Below, piece after piece: positions 26,002 to 28,682 of a DNA stretch of 28,682 nt. Position 1 is the first letter of the stretch; every line of letters starts with the position of its first letter. The DNA is from an uncultured Verrucomicrobiota bacterium (GTDB lineage: Bacteria; Verrucomicrobiota; Kiritimatiellia; CAYTQP01; CAZOLK01), in NCBI GenBank assembly GCA_964580325.1, contig CAZOLK010000051.1, forward strand, positions 1-28,682, read 5' to 3'. Made by a program: the position numbers and the translations under genes. The notes under the pieces are model-generated. The model saw only the letters and a program-made list of their open reading frames with translations, was not told the DNA's origin and did no database searches.

Positions 26002-27777
26002 ATGAAGGTTATCCAGGCTGAAGATTTCGGATTGGTCCCCAACACGGCGGAGGATTCCTCGTTGCCCTTGACCCGTTTGTTGTGGGATACGGCACGCCTT
26101 AAAGATGCCTGTCTCACGTTTCAGGCCGGTGTGTATCATTTTTATGCCGAACATGCCGCAGAACGCTATTTGTTCGTATCCAACAACGAGCATGGTTTGA
26201 AACGGGTGGTTTTCCCGCTGCTGGGTTGCGAAAACTTGACCGTGGACGGCCAGGGCGCATCCTTTATTTTTCACGGTCAGATGATCCCGTTTGTCCTTGA
26301 GCGTGCGCGCGACCTGACCTTGAAGCATTTCAGCGTGGATTGGGAGCAGCCGCTTCACGCGCAGGGGCGCGTGGTAGAAATTGGGATCGATTACGTCGAC
26401 ATCGCGGTTGACCCACCGGCCGAATTTTACATGGACCGCGGTGTTCTCACTTTTTGCGGCGAAGGCTGGCAGGCCGAGTTGTCTAATGTGCTGGAAATCG
26501 ACTTGGCCACCCTGGCGCCGATGGTGCGCAGCGGCGATAACCATTGCGGTGGCTGGTGGGGCGAGCGCTGGGACATCCGCCAGTCCGGTCCGCGCCGGTT
26601 GCGTTTCAAAGGCACTTTTTCCATTCCACCGACCAAGGGCTCCGGCATCGTATTCCAATTGCGCCGGCGCCGCAGCCCGGGGATCTTTCTCAAGGACAGC
26701 GTCAATACAACGCTGGAAGGGGTCACGCTGCACCATGCCGGCGCCATGGGCCTGGTGGCCCAGAAATGCGAAGACATTTGTTTGCGTGCGTTTCATGTGA
26801 TGCCGCGCGAAGGTTCGGGCCGCCTTTTTTCAGCCGGCGCCGACGCCTCCCATTTTGTTTATTGCCGCGGCCAGATCGAACTGGACGGCTGCCGCTTCGA
26901 GAACGAGCTGGACGATCCGATCAATGTCCATGGCATCTATGCCACCATAAAAAAGCAGTTGGACGACGCAACGCTGCTGATCAAGCTTAACCATCCGGAA
27001 CAAGTGGGTGTGACGATCTTTGACCCAGGCGACGAAGCCTCCTTCAACCGCCTCGACACGCTGATGCCCTATGCCAATACGCGCGTGCGTCGGCTGGAAC
27101 GGATCAATGCCGCCTACAGCCTGCTGAGTATCGAGCAGGTTCCGGCCGGCTGCTGCGTCGGCGATGTTCTCGAGAACCTATCCTGGGCGCCTGACGTGGT
27201 CATCCGCAACTGCCATTTCCGGCGCAATCGGGCGCGCGGGATTTTGGTCTCCACCAGCGGTCGCGTGCTGATCGAGAACAACCACATCAGCGCGGCCGGC
27301 GCCGCGGTGCTGATTGCCACGGACGCCAACAGTTGGTTTGAATCGGGCGCCGTACACGATGTCACCATCCGCGACAACTGTTTTGTCGACTGCCTCTACG
27401 GCACGGAATCCTGGGGGCCGGCAACCATCACCATCATGCCCGCCATGCGCCAGACCTTGCCGGCGCCGTTATGCCTGTACGAGAACATACGCATCGAGAA
27501 CAACCGTTTCGAAATGAACGAAGCGGCGCTGGTATTTGCCCGTTCGGTCAAGAGTTTGGTGTTCAAAGGCAACCGGTATGAGCCCAGCCGGCGCCAAATC
27601 CGTTGGCGCCAGGGGCAGCAGGTCGGTTTTGTGCTGGAACACTGTCGTGACGCGCGCCTGATCGAAAACCAACTGGGCGACGACCCGGCCGTGGCCACCG
27701 TGCGCTGCGACAAGGCCGGCGCCTCGGCGCTGGAAATGGATTTGTCCATGCATCTCGAGGAGATCGAAGGGATCTGA
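26002..27777 (+). CDS. Right-handed parallel beta-helix repeat protein, putative glycoside hydrolase (GH110-like alpha-galactosidase or pectate-lyase-fold glycosidase)
   Basis: The 591-aa protein shows recurrent beta-helix-type repeat segments (NCHFRRNRARGILVSTSGRVLIENNHIS, IRDNCFVDC, IRIENNRFE) and has no signal peptide. The family assignment is tentative. Confidence 0.5.
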   Translation: MKVIQAEDFGLVPNTAEDSSLPLTRLLWDTARLKDACLTFQAGVYHFYAEHAAERYLFVSNNEHGLKRVVFPLLGCENLTVDGQGASFIFHGQMIPFVLERARDLTLKHFSVDWEQPLHAQGRVVEIGIDYVDIAVDPPAEFYMDRGVLTFCGEGWQAELSNVLEIDLATLAPMVRSGDNHCGGWWGERWDIRQSGPRRLRFKGTFSIPPTKGSGIVFQLRRRRSPGIFLKDSVNTTLEGVTLHHAGAMGLVAQKCEDICLRAFHVMPREGSGRLFSAGADASHFVYCRGQIELDGCRFENELDDPINVHGIYATIKKQLDDATLLIKLNHPEQVGVTIFDPGDEASFNRLDTLMPYANTRVRRLERINAAYSLLSIEQVPAGCCVGDVLENLSWAPDVVIRNCHFRRNRARGILVSTSGRVLIENNHISAAGAAVLIATDANSWFESGAVHDVTIRDNCFVDCLYGTESWGPATITIMPAMRQTLPAPLCLYENIRIENNRFEMNEAALVFARSVKSLVFKGNRYEPSRRQIRWRQGQQVGFVLEHCRDARLIENQLGDDPAVATVRCDKAGASALEMDLSMHLEEIEGI

Positions 27778-27857
27778 TTCAAGATCCGATATTCCGTTCC
27801 ATTTTTCTCCCATTTTCTGCTTGCATCCCTTTGCGACTGTGTTATGTTGGCGTAAAC

Positions 27858-28682
27858 ATGAAAATGCGGCAAAACATAACCCAGGAGCAGGTCGCGCGAC
27901 GAGCGGGCGTTTCGTTCATGACGGTCTCGCGCGTGATCAATAAGAAAGGCAACGTGCATCCGGACACGGAGAAGCGGGTGGTCGAGGCCATCAAAGCGTT
28001 GGGCTACCATCCCAACAGCCTTGGACGCGGGTTGAACATGAACCGTGTCTTTACCCTGGCCGTTTCCGTGGCTAATGAATTGCTCTCCGACGCTTTTATC
28101 GCCGGCGCTGTCACCGGCGTGCAGCAGACCTGCCGCGAGGCAGGCTACGACCTGTTGATCGCCCACCTGGACGCGCGCGACGGACGCCCTTTCCGCGCTT
28201 ATTTCGAACGCAAGGCCGACGGCGTGCTGCTGATTGCGCCGCGCCTGTCCCGCGAGCAGGTCGAGACCGTGACCGCCCACCAGATTCCCTGCGCCGTGCT
28301 CTGGGGCCGTGCGCCACATCCGTGTATATTGAGCATAACCTCTGACGATGCGCATGGCGCCTGCCTTGCCGTGGAGCACCTTGCCGAGCTGGGCCATCGC
28401 CATATTGCGTTCGTCGAGGGCCGCGCGCATATGCTCAGTGCCCGTGAACGCTTGCGCGGTTTTCGTCAGGCCATGAAAAAGGCGGGATTCGCCGTGCGTG
28501 CCGAATGGGTTTGCGCCGGCGATTTCAGCACCGAGTCGGGCGCTCGGGCCATGACCGCGCTGCTCAACCTTAAAAAGCGACCAAGCGCCGTTTTCTGCGC
28601 CAACGATATGATGGCTGTCGGCGCGATCAACGTGGCCCACCAGCGCGGTCTGCGCGTGCCGCGCGACCTGTCCGTGGTCGGT
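27858..28682 (+). CDS. LacI-family transcriptional regulator (3' end beyond the window)
   Basis: The N-terminal HTH reads ITQEQVARRAGVSFMTVSRVINKKGNVHPDTEKRVVEAIKALGYHPN. The LacI-type ligand-binding core contains HLAELGHRHIAFVEG, ARERLRGFRQAM and AVFCANDMMAVGA. The frame stays open for 275 codons to the window end. The antisense ORF 27396..28640 in the track is a shadow of this gene. Confidence 0.85.
   Translation, partial: MKMRQNITQEQVARRAGVSFMTVSRVINKKGNVHPDTEKRVVEAIKALGYHPNSLGRGLNMNRVFTLAVSVANELLSDAFIAGAVTGVQQTCREAGYDLLIAHLDARDGRPFRAYFERKADGVLLIAPRLSREQVETVTAHQIPCAVLWGRAPHPCILSITSDDAHGACLAVEHLAELGHRHIAFVEGRAHMLSARERLRGFRQAMKKAGFAVRAEWVCAGDFSTESGARAMTALLNLKKRPSAVFCANDMMAVGAINVAHQRGLRVPRDLSVVG

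Overview
This is a high-GC bacterial window with three functional blocks. Block 1 (1-11.8 kb) is a chemosensory/two-component island. On the minus strand, a sigma54-type promoter precedes an operon encoding a soluble MCP with two tandem signalling domains, a three-CheW-domain scaffold and a CheB-like receiver that runs off the left edge. The divergent plus-strand operon encodes a sigma54 enhancer-binding protein (REC-AAA+-HTH), a REC-Hpt protein, CheV, a sensor-less histidine kinase and a REC-HisKA-HATPase hybrid kinase. A convergent CheR plus unknown 170-aa gene pair follows, with a remnant of a receiver gene upstream of cheR. No CheA lies inside the window. Block 2 (11.8-21.8 kb) is bounded by a 31-bp near-perfect inverted repeat pair. 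It holds a tRNA-Phe-like 3' fragment, galK, a DUF1537-type acid-sugar kinase cluster (kinase, class II aldolase, Asp/Glu-racemase-family protein, unknown 213-aa protein), a cytoplasmic GH2 beta-galactosidase-like enzyme, a low-GC non-coding stretch with a 21-bp perfect inverted repeat, and a family-1 encapsulin operon (EncFtn cargo with C-terminal TIGSLK targeting tag plus shell protein). Block 3 (21.9-28.7 kb) is a carbohydrate locus: a putative GH-like 633-aa enzyme, a wHTH/sugar-binding regulator, a CX5R phosphatase, a beta-helix glycosidase-like protein and a LacI-family regulator running off the right edge. All calls come from reading the translations; no database search was possible.
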